Shown here piece by piece: positions 51,501 through 63,702 of a DNA stretch of 64,000 nucleotides (positions within the stretch are counted from its first letter, which is position 1; every line of letters begins with the position of its first letter). Under the pieces are notes generated by a model. The model was not told the origin of the DNA. It saw nothing but the letters and a program-made list of their open reading frames with translations, and made no database searches. Location: contig OZ037767.1 of the NCBI GenBank assembly GCA_964035545.1, positions 3,049,680 to 3,113,679 on the forward strand, written 5' to 3'. A program made the translations under genes and the position numbers. This DNA is from Bugula neritina. Lineage: Eukaryota > Animalia > Bryozoa.

Positions 51501-53275
51501 GTGTGGTATACATCGTATAAAGTGTAGAAATTACTGTATAAAGTGTGGGAATTATTATGTAAAGTACAGGATTCATATAAAGTGTAAAGGTTGTTGTATA
51601 AAGTGTAGAGGTTGTTGTATAAAGTGTAGATGTTATTGTATTAAGTGTAGAGGTTATTGTATAAAACATGTGTAATTGATTAGATTGGAACACGTATCTT
51701 TCACTGAAGAAGAAGAAAAGGCTTTCACTAAGATGTGTGAGATTGCTGCCTTCGACCTGATTGGACACATTCAGAAATGCCTGCTGCTAATATTTCCTCC
51801 GGATCAGATTGCTAAAGCCCTGGGTTTCACCACACAGCACCTGCACAGTGTGGTCAGTGTCACCACCCTGTCAAATGTTCTACTGTAGCATTTGGCTATA
51901 ACAGAGCACTTGCTAGTGCTTATCAGTGTCACTACCCTGTCACTTGTTCTACTGTAGCACTTGGCTATAACAAAGCACCTGCCAGTGCTTGTTGCACGGA
52001 ATACATACAATATCTTTAAACCTCATCAGTTGACATATATAAATTGTCGACTGTTTGTTCGAGGAATTATTAGTGAGCTTTCTTATGATAAACTTGTCAT
52101 TTTTTTAAAAATCGCATATAAAATTCATAATGACTTTTTTCCTTTTGTTTTGTTTAATATTCACCTTGCGTGATCACCTTACTGTATGGTTTACTGCGTA
52201 CTGTTGAACAGGGCAGTTTCTTGTATACCATTGACACCGATGAAGTTGTCTCCCCAATAAAACAGTTTATACCTGAGGAAGTGGCTCCGCCCCCAGAGGT
52301 TGTGGAACAGGAAGCTGACTCCGGGGACGGTGAAGATCAGCTGGCAGCAGTGGCTGAGGAGGCAGCAAACACAGGAGTACCCAGTAAGTGTCCTTATATG
52401 GTAAATGTGATGTGTAACTTTATATAGTAAGTGTGATGTGTGACTTTATATAGTAAGTGTGATGTGTAACTTTATATAGTAAGTGTGATGTGTAACTTTA
52501 TATAGTAAGTGTGATGTGTAACTTTATATAGTAAGTGTGATGTGTGACTTTATATAGTAAGTGTGATGTGTAACTTTATATTATAGTAAGTGTGATGTGT
52601 AACTTTATATAGTAAGTGTGATGTGTAACTTTTAACAATAATGGAAACCGTGTAATAATATGTTATATATTTTATATAAATTGCAAATATATTATATAAA
52701 TTATATTTATATAATATATAATTGATATATATGTTGAAGCTTTTAACTCTCATACATTGCAATATATTCTAGTTTGTTTACTTTTGTTATAATATCTGTA
52801 TCTGTAGTTATATCCATTCTATTAATGTAAGACCTAGCAATGCTGTTATAATCGATTCACATTGCTAAGCGGCTCAATATCAGAGGTTCAAGCCTCACTC
52901 CCAGCAAATATTTTTCTAACCTTAAAGATTTATGAGACAAACAATTTGACACTTGTTTTAGTCGTGGAGCCTGTGACATTCTCCCTTGACCTGTCTAATA
53001 GTACTCCAAGTGTTGAAGACAATGTGACAGGTGTAGAACCTGCTATACAAGCACCTGCTGATATACAAGCACCTGCTGATACACAAGCACCTGCTGATAT
53101 ACAAGCACCTGCTGATGCACAAGCACCTGCTGATGCACAAGCACCTGCTGATGCACAAGCACCTGATGGACAAGCACCTGCTGATGGAAAAGCACCTGCT
53201 GGTAGCTATCAAGGTCAACAGGTACAGTCAAGACCCTCAACTCCCAAGCAAGACTCTAATTTCAAAATAGACTGA
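45507..53275 (+). CDS. COG8: Conserved oligomeric Golgi complex subunit 8, multi-exon
   Basis: [15 protein letters not shown]...; [21 protein letters not shown]; [29 protein letters not shown]; [19 protein letters not shown]; [14 protein letters not shown]; [12 protein letters not shown]; [23 protein letters not shown]; [26 protein letters not shown]. Acidic/repetitive C-terminal exons end DSNFKID*. Confidence 0.93.
47860..48085 (+). repeat. About 30-bp tandem repeat containing copies of a COG8 exon end and donor
   Basis: GTCATCACT|GTYAGTAT recurs about 7 times immediately after the true donor at 47873. Confidence 0.85.
48285..48495. repeat. 30-bp minisatellite (about 7 copies), COG8 intron
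   Basis: Unit AGTATTGTAGCTGTACAACATGGTGGAACT. Confidence 0.93.
50270..50990. repeat. 22-bp minisatellite (about 32 copies), COG8 intron
   Basis: Unit CTAGTATATTCTCATCAGTATT, highly homogeneous. Confidence 0.96.
52385..52632. repeat. 26-bp minisatellite carrying GTAAGT, starting at a COG8 donor
   Basis: Unit TAGTAAGTGTGATGTGTAACTTTATA (about 9 copies). Confidence 0.92.
53045..53200 (+). repeat. Coding 18-bp repeat encoding (QAPADx)n in the last COG8 exon
   Basis: CAAGCACCTGCTGATNYA about 9 times, in frame with the COG8 terminal exon. Confidence 0.85.
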
Positions 53276-54531
53276 ATCAGCAAGGAGCATCAACTCTCAC
53301 TAGCTAAGTTACATCCAGTTTTGATGATACTAAAACATTCTATTTTCTATTCTATAATATCTTCTCACAGTACTAAGAATGTTCTACACCCACACATCTG
53401 TGCTGTTATTACATCATCTCTCAGTTAATAATAGTAACAGTTGCACTATGAATGTGAATGCCCCACCTTTTATTTATGACACGCTGCAGTCGTTAGGTCA
53501 TACCTTGTAACAACGGGATAAAGTTTGCCTTTCTTTTTTTGCCTGACATGACCTTTTATGTTTTATATAGTATAGCTATTTTATTTATTTATTGAAAAAA
53601 TATTGAGTATTGCAATTTATCGCAATAACTTGAAACAAATGTTGCTGTTTTGATTTTAAGCAATAAATCTGTTCACTTTGAAAAGATAGACACTTTAGTA
53701 TTTTTTATTGTTTTGAAGGCCGTATTACTTCTAAACTCAAATAATTAAGTTTGTGTTTAAAACAAGGTTTTATTTCAACTTATAGGTCCTTGCTCAAAGT
53801 TAATTAGCTTTTCAGCACTAATTTGTGTGGTGTTGATGAACATAATTTACTTAACGATTGTTTCTGATGTCCCTAGAATCTAGATATATTATGTTAGCTT
53901 GCTATGTGATTTATTTAAAAGTATGTTAATCATTTTACGGTAAAAGTTGCAACATTGACATAATTTTTTTTTAGTGTATTGATGCGTTTCCCTTTTTTCA
54001 TGTTACCATTCATCTCTGCTATCCACCCCCTCCTTCTCTACCCAACCCTTTCTCCATTCCTCCCCTCTTTCCATTCTCTCCACCCCCTCCCTCTCTCAAC
54101 CCTCTCCTTCACTTTTCACACCATTTCTCCTCAAATCTCTTCTTACATTGAATACAAATCATCAACTTTAAGTGACACTGTACTGTCATAGATATCAACG
54201 TCTTCTTTGAGAAAAGTTATTCTTGAAGCCATCTTTAATCATGCCCATATTACTTACTGTGTTTATGAGTAGTAATTTATTAAGATCAACTTTACTAGCA
54301 GCTAATACTATCAATCTACTGGCATAATTATTGTAGCTGAACATTTTTCTAGAAATTTTATAATTTAGATAATAGAAAATGTAAGCACTTGTGAGTTGAT
54401 TGTTATAAATATTATGCATAGCTCACTGTCAGTAGCACAACTCCACCTCACAGTAATGTCAGCTGAAGTAATTGCATCTTAAAATGCGCCTCTCAATTGT
54501 TCTGGCAATTCCCATTGGTTTATGTCGCAGG

Positions 54532-57500
54532 ATGATTGGTAATTTTCAATTAATGATTGCGTTTATAATTTCCATCTTATCAATCAGCTTTGGAAAAATG
54601 GCGCCCAACGATGTGAAGTTTGATTTCCTTTCTGACTACGAGATTGTGAAGACTCATGTAAGTTAATCTGTTTTTTTAAACTAAAGTTGTATGAAAGATC
54701 AGTGTGAAAATATAGCAGCATTATACAGTAAGGTTGTACATTGGATTGGAGTTGCAAATATTTTTTCTAATTAGAAATGTTTGACAAAATTAGTAAGGGT
54801 TCCCAGAGTTAAATTAATGTAAGTTAACATCAATTACTTTAGATCCATGAAGCAAAGAGAGGAAAACTCAGACTGAGTCTGGAGACCCTTCAGGGAGTCA
54901 TATTATACTCAATAGTGTTATATGAAGCCACCAGGTTCTCTAGTCCTTTCCTAGACCTTCAATGTTACACTGTTCACAACTCTACCGGGACGTACACCGA
55001 GCCCTTCAAACTAGAGTACTACGAGGGGCATATTAGCCTACCAGATATCCCTTCACATGTTCATGGTACTTTATACCATGGTATGACGTTTGAAGGGGTC
55101 ATACAGCTTAGTAACAGAACATATTATTTAGAGGCAGTTGACAGACATAAAACCTGGTCTAGAGATCAAAGTTTGTTTTATTTTAAAGATGATGTTGATA
55201 AGTTTAGTGACGGAGAGATCAATTTTAGCGAGCTGTACGCCGACTCCACTAAACGTAACAGCAATTTAAAAACATTGAATGATTTATATAAGAAACATGG
55301 CTTTCCAAAACTTCTGTCACCAAATGAACACAGGTACTAGATGATCCTTGAGATACTTTACAACCATTACCTAAAATATCCTGATATATTTTGCAATTAT
55401 AATATTTAATTATTTTAATTTTTATCAATTGCCTTCAAAGTTACTTTTCTTTTCCTTGAATGTTCACTGATCTGTTTTTACATTAAGTAAAGGTAAACGG
55501 AAAAGGCGGGAAGCCGGAAGTGATCAAATCAAGTACTGCACGATTCATGTGGTGGTTGACGGCTACTTCGTTCATTACATGGCCAACAATGATAAACAGG
55601 AAGCAGCTAAAATGCTTGCGCAGAATGTGAAAAATGTGCACCAGGTAAATTATCAGGCTTGAAGTCGAAATTATTATTTCACATTGAAGCTCAAAGTTGT
55701 TAACCTTTCATATTTTTCCTTACAGATTAGTTATACACACCTAGTTGTTCCTTCAAGGAAATTTTTTATTTATTTATTAGAATATGGATTTTAATCAACA
55801 ATATTTATTTGCAAAATGATATGTGTTTGTTGGTGCGATGTACATTTGCAATCCTTGACTATTGCTTACTGTTATTTAACTGACATTAGAGCGTTGATTG
55901 CGAGACATGTTTTTTGCTGTCAAAAATTTTGCCATCTTAAAAGTTTATTCTCTATAAGTTAGAATTCTATTTACTGTTTGCAGACATTCTTATCACAAGA
56001 CTTTGATGGTAATACGCTTCCAGACAACATAGGTGTAGTATTAGTCGGGCTAACGTTTATAGACAAGGTGTTTGGTTTTAATTACCTGAAAGGTGACAAA
56101 GATTCGGAGTTGTTCCTACGTAAATTCACTGAGAATTATCAGTAAGTACACGTGTACTAAGCCGAGTACACATGCACTCAGCTGAGTACATAGAAACTCA
56201 ACTAAAGTTTTTACTTTGACTGAAGAATATAGTTGAGTGTTTAAAACAGCTGCCAAAATTAAATGTTTCAATTTTTTAAGCAGTGTGTTTTTAATATTAC
56301 TCCAACAGAGTTAGTTAAACAAATTATATTCTCTGTAGTCTATAACTACAGTATTACACTGGGTGTTACACTATACTCTATAACTACAGTAATACACTGC
56401 TATGTTACGCTATCCTCTATTCTCTATAACAACAGTAATACACTGCTGTGTTACAGGTTTCCTGGTATTTGTGCAGCCCTAGTTTACACATTTCAAGACT
56501 TTGGGCCCACGTTAGGCATGGCTTGGGTGGCTACGTCTGAGCGACCATACAGGTGAGTTATATAGGTAAGTATGCAGGCAAGTTGCGCAGCTCTGCATTT
56601 GCTTTGTTGGCTGTAATGTTTTCTTTTACTATAACAATGTATTGGAAGCCACATCTTTATCTTTGCTTTCAACATTCTAGCTCAAAAAATATTTTAAAAT
56701 TTTTAAGTTTCAAATGAAGCTTTAAGTTTTCTACATCAAATCTTAATACTTTTTAAAAATGTCAAGCCTGTTTAATGTGAAAAAAGTTGAAATAAACATG
56801 TGGCCTCTAACACTTTTCATAGTAATACTTATATTTCAACAGACATGTTGAATTTTTTTACAAAATTGCCCTATAAACATAATAATTTGTAATGCTATCT
56901 TCGTTACTATGCATTGCTTGTAATACTTGGGGTTTAAAGATTACCCAAGTAAAATAACAGCAATTACAGTCTAAGGAATAGAATAAGTATAGCATTTGTG
57001 CCAAATGCCATGTTTTGGCATCTCCTGATAGGTGCCTGTGTGTAGTTATAGTCTATGTTTATGTAGAACTGGAATTGGGTCCACCTGGAACCATGGCTTT
57101 GTGACTACACTGTTGAAAGGAAAGCGTGTTACAGCCCGGGTGGCTCAACTCACTCTCGTACATGAGTTGGGGCACTCATTCGGGTCCTCGCATGACCCCG
57201 TAGAATCAGGTATAGCCTTAGGATTTTAGTTTGAAAATTTTAATAAAACCATAGCTAGTCAGTTGTATAGTCACTCCATTTTTCAGCATATGCAATGGGT
57301 TTTAGGTTCTTTACTAGTAACCATTTGTAGAGATGGTTCGATCTATGTCATCTAAGCTGACTTTCTGTTATAAGAATAGAAGCAATATTTATTTTAACAA
57401 AAGCTTGAAATAATTGTATTCATTGAAAAACTTACCCACATCAGTTGAAACTGTAATATTTCTTGTAAGTTTTATTGTATTTTGAAAGTTTAGTGAGGCA

Positions 57501-60500
57501 CTAGTATAGGCATTTGTGTTATACTAATGTCACATTATATAGGTACTATATAGGTCACTTATTGTATACTGAGTTTGCTATGCTATGCTATATAGGTCAC
57601 ATATGTGCCCCGACTGCAGCCCAAGGTGGCCATTACATCATGTATCCAACCACCTCCGATGGTTCTATGCCCAATAACTATGAGTTCTCACCCTGCTCTA
57701 AGAATGTCATTGCTGTGAGTACACCATGATGTTACAGTATCACAGTACTTGTGTATCACAGTCTATGATTTATAGTGCTGTTCTTTTGTGCCTGCACTCA
57801 ACAGCAAAACATAAATCTGCTAAAAGTTTGAAGCAAGGATTAAATATTTTTTATATTATTCATTTTTTTGTTTTATGTATTATTTTTAACTGCAAATCAA
57901 ACCATTGAGTTACTAAAAACTGTTTTATAAAATGTTTTTCAAGTACTACCCGCACATGACTATAGCCATCTTGGTAAAAAGTTTCATTAAAGAGTCAATC
58001 ATTTTACTCGTATTTTGCGAATTGTTTAGATGGTAAATTTTTCTGTAGATCATAATTGCCACACGGTCAGTGAAAGCACTACACAACTACGACGCACCAT
58101 ACTGTGGGAATGGTAACGTAGAAGAGGGCGAGGAGTGTGACTGCGGGACCGCTCTCTCGTGTCACGCACTGGACCAGTGTTGTGTTCCGGCGGGGCAGGA
58201 CAATCGTAGGTGGAACTAGCATGTGTTGAGATATTATTCAGATAGTGTATATGAAGCTAATGTGCTGAGATAGTATTAATATGATGTATATGTTGGGACC
58301 TATATATGTATATGTTGGGACCTATAACAAGTAACTTATATTAAATAATATTTAGTTAGAGTGCTTAGGTTTTCTAAGTAGTTTGAAGCAGCATTGAGCT
58401 GCAAAGTTTCTATTCAAATCGTTTATAAGTCTTGGTGTTTTGAGGTCACAAAACCGCTATGGCTGTCATGATAGGTTTAGATATTCTAATTTTTTATGAA
58501 AATTGATTTAATTTCATTTCCCAAAATTTGAGAAATATTTACAGCTTTTCTGCATATTACCTTGACTTTTCTGCATATTACCTTGACTTTTCTGAATATT
58601 ACCTTGACTTTTCTGCATATTACCTTGACTTTTCTGCATATTACCTTGATTTTTCTGAATATTACCTTGACTTTTCTGCATATTACCTTGACTTTTCTGC
58701 ATATTACCTTGATTTTTCTGAATATTACCTTGACTTTTCTGCATATTACCTTGACTTTTCTGCATATTACCTTGATTTTTCTGCATATTACCTTGACTTT
58801 TCTGCATATTACCTTGATTTTTCTGAATATTACCTTGACTTTTCTGCATATTACCTTGACTTTTCTGAATATTACCTTTACTTTTCTGCATATTACCTTG
58901 ACTTTTCTGCATAGTACTTTAAATTTCTGCGGATTTCTCTGAACTCTATACCTAAGCAGTCATTAGGTTCAACTTACAACTCTAGGAGTTGCTAGGTTGA
59001 GCTACAAAACCATCTGCAAACCCTGATCTCTATACGCTCTCAGTTTCTAAGTCAGTTTACTTTTCATTTATAACACTGGCTAGATGACTTTGTTTTACCT
59101 ACTTAGCTGTGTAATTAGCGTGTCTCTTGTTTTTCTGATATTGTTTCATGCAGTAGATCACTTATACTGTCTTTTATTAAGTAGATGCTAGCCCTTTGAT
59201 TTCATTGAAATATGCAGTCATATTTCTCTTACCGTCTGGGAAATATTGATCGATGCTGATGTAGTAAATAGATTAAAATAAACAAGCAAACTCAACTATG
59301 TGTGTTACATAACAGTGTTTCACAATAATAATGGCTTTTTTGTTTGCACACAGTTTTGTCAGAAGGTTTGGGGGTCGGTTAGACAACCTCTCAACATAAA
59401 TTGTTGTTTGAGGAGTTGAAAACTCAGTGCTTACAAAAGATGTCAAGAGTTGTGATCCAAAGACACTTAATAGGTTTTAATATAGACTTTCTAACTTATA
59501 GCTTGTCTTTATTGCATGCTACCGTTGGTAACAGTTGTAAACCTTCTATTCAGCTCTGTTGAGTCTTTGATAGTTTTTATTATAATTTTTTCTGCATTGT
59601 ATCACGGCGCATGTTTTGATGCAACACGTAGTTTTATTTTAATATTCCCTCTAGAATGTCTGCTGAGGAGAGATGAGGGAGTTGTCTGCACTCCGGCCAC
59701 ACACGAGTGCTGCACTCGGGAATGCCAAGTCATGCCGGCTGCTAACCACACTTGTGGCGGCTATGAAGACTGTTTACAAGAGAGTATGTGTGACGGGGAG
59801 CATATAACATGTCCTGTAGCGGCTCACAGGTCTAACGGAACACTGTGTAAAGGTGGTACCAGGGTATGTTGTCACATAAACTGATTTAGGCTGCAATCTA
59901 AGGCTGTGAAGGAATTGTGTTTTAGCTGATGGCGATTGTTAAAAGTTTGTTGATTGATGTGTGTATGACTTTACTGAATCATAATTTTGTCAAAATGACT
60001 GTTTTTTTTAAAGATTTCTATCTAATAAGTAAGTAGGATGTTTTTATTAGTGATTTATATTTTAAAAACACAATTTTACTCAATAACAAATGTTAAATCA
60101 CAAATTGCTAAAATGTTTTGGTTTACGGTAATGCTGTATGGTTTTATTCTTTGTCGGTCCTAATTGCAGTGCTGAGAAAATATATTACAATCTTTTGACA
60201 CGTTGTCACCCACAGATACTACAGAGTAGCATTTGTAAGCTGCCCTCTCATTGGTCACAATATTGCAGATATGCGAGAAGGGCGAGTGCTCTCATTCTGT
60301 CTGTTCAGTCGCAGGATTGGACGACTGTCTGTGTTCAGAAATCACCGAAACTTGTAAACTGTGCTGTGTAAACTCGTCTGAACCTCTGCCAGTGTGCAGG
60401 CCTGCCGTGGATTACACCTGGTTTAGTGACTCCAACTACGGGCTAGTTGAATGGCTGGAACCAGGTTAGAAGTTTATACTGTAAGACTCAGACATGTATT

Positions 60501-62869
60501 TTGATTTAATCATTGAAAATTTCAATAAAATATATTTAATATAACTTTTAAATCTTCAAATCTGTAATTTAAAATTTCAAACTGATATTTTTTAAAAGAA
60601 AATGGATCAAGGTTAATAAAGTGTAATTTATAAGAAATCTATTGAATCACCATCAAATAAAATTCATTTTTCAACGATGTGATCTGACAGTGTTTATTAC
60701 GTTTAAATTTGTGAAATAAAGCGCATCTAAATTTGAAGGTTGTAATTTTACAACTACTTTTTGGTTACACATCCTTCTGTTTCATATTTCATTAACCAAT
60801 AAGCTGGTAGTTGTATTCTCTCTATTTACAGGATCGCTGTGTTTGGATGGCACAGGGTATTGTGGGACAGATAGGCTGTGCGTCATACCTGGCTTTAAAT
60901 ATGCTGGGATAATCGGCTTACAGCTAGTAGGGAGCAGTGTCAACAAGTGGTTCGACACCAACTGGTAATCTACAATCAATAATACACTACCATGTTATAC
61001 TATACTGTATACAGTGTAGAGCATGTTATACTATATGTATACAATGCAGGGCATGTTTATGCAAACAATAAAATGTAAAATTACTGGTTTTTAAATGTTC
61101 ATGTATGTTGTAAATATAAAATTTACAACCTGCTCATATTTTGTATCAAATGATATTAGAATTATTTCACTCCTCCCCCACCTTCGCTAATGGCAACTAT
61201 ATATTATATATAGAAGAATAATTTGCAAAAACCATCAACATATAATATATCATGACTGTATGCAGTAACTTCTCGTTTTAGGTATTACTTGATGGTGTTT
61301 CTGTTCCTAGCAGCTACCCTGGCAGTCATATTTAAATGTACACAGGGAGTTGAGGAAAAGCACGTAGGCGATGCTTTCAGGTACCTTAGCATGAGTCAGA
61401 AGACAATAATTTTACATTTCTTACAGCTATTAGTTACTAGATATTGATGCTCAGTCTCCCAAGTGGAGAAATGCCTAAATAAAGTTTGTTTTCTGCAAAT
61501 AATTTTCCCTTAGTCGAAACTGCTACGAATTATATACTTTTAGTCTTCAATCAAGCAACTAGGATTGATATGTTAGTAAATTTGACAATAAAGTGTTCTG
61601 AGTTAATTACACGCTTTACACTTGTATAGTTTTCAAATGTTTAACTTTTCAGGGATATTTTGAAAATCTTAGTTTGTATATAATAGACGCAAGCGTAACA
61701 TTACATATTGCGCAAAATTTATATGGTTATAGAGTTGGTAACATATTATACTGTGTGGTTACAGAGTTGGTAAAATATTATACTGTGTGGTTACAGAGTT
61801 GGTAACATATTATGCTGTGTGGTTACAGAGTTGGTAACATATTATACTGTGTGGTTACAGAGTTGGTAACATGTCCAGAGTAATACATGAGTGTCAAAGG
61901 CAACGTAGGCTACTGAATGAAAACATCACCAACCTAAATCATGCTGTCAGAATGTACGAAAAGGGACAGCAGAACGTAACGACAGCGGTGGCACGACTCA
62001 TGCTAATGTTTCCTTTTACTCCGCTGCACTATTTATACAGGTGAGTAGCATCTTTAGTTAAACTAGACTCTGCATATATTGTCTGTAGCCGAAGCGTGTT
62101 TAGAATTCCTCTCAACAGTTATTATTCCTGTTTCTAGTCGGTGTCTTCGTAAAATTACTTGTAACATTGCATGGTATGAATAAATAAGTACATCACATTA
62201 CACTTTCTTTGAGTAGTTTGTACACATGACACATAGTGAACTTAAGTTGATTATGTAACTCATTGTGTATGTATGTTATATGCTGTGTAGTTTCTTGAAT
62301 ATAAGTTGATCATGTTTACAATTACTAACTGCCATATGTGTGCCAAAACTAGAAACTGTTCAGCTTATTTAGTATTTCTGGTATATCTGCAATATGCAGG
62401 GCTATAATATAATGTGCTATGCTCCTTGAAATTATTTATATTTTTATCCTACACAGGATTGCAATGAACAGCGCCAACGAAGCTGGTGCAGTAAAGAAGC
62501 TTATATTCCTAAAACAGCCAATGAGAAAAGACTGTACATTCTACAAGGCCATCAACCCACAGGTGATAAATTTAAGATAGGATTTAGGGCATTCTTGGCA
62601 AGTTTTTTTAAAAACATTGAAATTTAGAATTACTTATAGCTGCTTCACTCATGCTTTAGATGAGAGAGCCCTTGACTGCCGGGAAAGCTAATGAACAGTT
62701 CGAGGGGCTACTCATAGCTTCACTGAAAGAACTAACATCTCTCTCTAAGAAACAACGAACTGATTTGGGGCTCGCAATACCTTCATCAACTCGACTGAAA
62801 AAGATGATGAAAGATCGTCAAAGGAAGTTAGAGCTTGGTGTTATTTACGCTTTCAACAAACCTCCGTAG
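54532..62869 (+). CDS. ADAM10/ADAM17-family membrane metalloprotease (divergent ADAM10-like), multi-exon
   Basis: Signal peptide [21 protein letters not shown]; prodomain ([15 protein letters not shown]); furin site RKRR|E; [16 protein letters not shown]; zinc motif [12 protein letters not shown]; Met-turn YIMYP; disintegrin [15 protein letters not shown]; Cys-rich region CKLCC; [19 protein letters not shown]; cytoplasmic tail ending AFNKPP*; AATAAA at 62945. Confidence 0.88.
58535..58915. repeat. 21-bp minisatellite (about 18 copies), ADAM intron
   Basis: Unit GACTTTTCTGCATATTACCTT. Confidence 0.96.
61720..61872 (+). repeat. 32-bp tandem repeat made of a 3' splice site plus the exon start
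   Basis: Unit AGTTGGTAACATATTATACTGTGTGGTTACAG; AGs end at 61732, 61764, 61796, 61828 and 61860. Confidence 0.92.
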
Positions 62870-63126
62870 TAAACAGTATATTCTACTTTACTTGTGCAAT
62901 CATAAATTTTATACCACTCACTTACTTTGTTACTAATTTATTTCAATAAATACTTGTCACATTGAAAATTTTTTTTTATTTTAATTTTTATGGTATGCAA
63001 ACTAAAAGATACAATACTAAATTACAATATTACAAAATTTACATCAAATTACACTGAAAATTAAAACAATAAATATCAAACAATATATCACAGCTGTTTT
63101 CAGAAAAGTTGCATCAAAACAAAATT

Positions 63127-63702
63127 CTATAATTCATCTTTATGCTTCACAGGCTTCGGGAGCTTTACTTTGTCTCCATGCTCTTTCATCAGATCTTCAA
63201 CCGTGGCACTGAAGTGCTTATCTTCTGTTTCAGTTTCCTCTGCGGTCTTTTTCGGTTTCTGGTCCGCTATCCGCTTATTGCCCACACACTGTCCAGTAAT
63301 TTTAAGGCAAACTTTTCGCTCCAAAGAAACCCGATCCATCCGATTAGAGGTAGAGTAATATTTCACAAACACAGAAGCTAGTTCTTCATCATCAACCAGA
63401 TCCATGAACTTTTTACAAGCGCCAACCATTTTAGGAGGAATAAAATCGTAAGAGCCAAAGTTTGACTGCTCACAGAGCACATCCATGAGCTCATACACTC
63501 TGCTTTCAACTCCATCAAAAGATCTTTTATTCATTTCTTTATCCACAATATCAATAACAGCCAAGCAAGCAGCGCATTTCAAGTCACTTTCATCGACACT
63601 GTCATTGGCGGTAAAGATGGGTTTGTTCGGCTGACTTAGAACTCCACAGACGTTCATACACAACAGGTAACTGACCAACATGTAACGTAAAGACAGTGCC
63701 AT
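63127..63702 (-). CDS. ER-resident saposin-B/canopy-like protein (191 aa, single coding exon)
   Basis: N-terminal signal peptide; six Cys in saposin spacing (CAAC...VLC...GAC...KVC......C); ESRVYELMDVLC resembles the canopy-type helix; C-terminal KDEL. Confidence 0.8.
   Translation of the reverse strand: MALSLRYMLVSYLLCMNVCGVLSQPNKPIFTANDSVDESDLKCAACLAVIDIVDKEMNKRSFDGVESRVYELMDVLCEQSNFGSYDFIPPKMVGACKKFMDLVDDEELASVFVKYYSTSNRMDRVSLERKVCLKITGQCVGNKRIADQKPKKTAEETETEDKHFSATVEDLMKEHGDKVKLPKPVKHKDEL

Noticed and set aside
58514-58942. Overlapping heptad-repeat ORFs (QKSQGNM / FSAYYLD)
   Set aside because: A 21-bp intronic minisatellite open in several frames, with no splice context.
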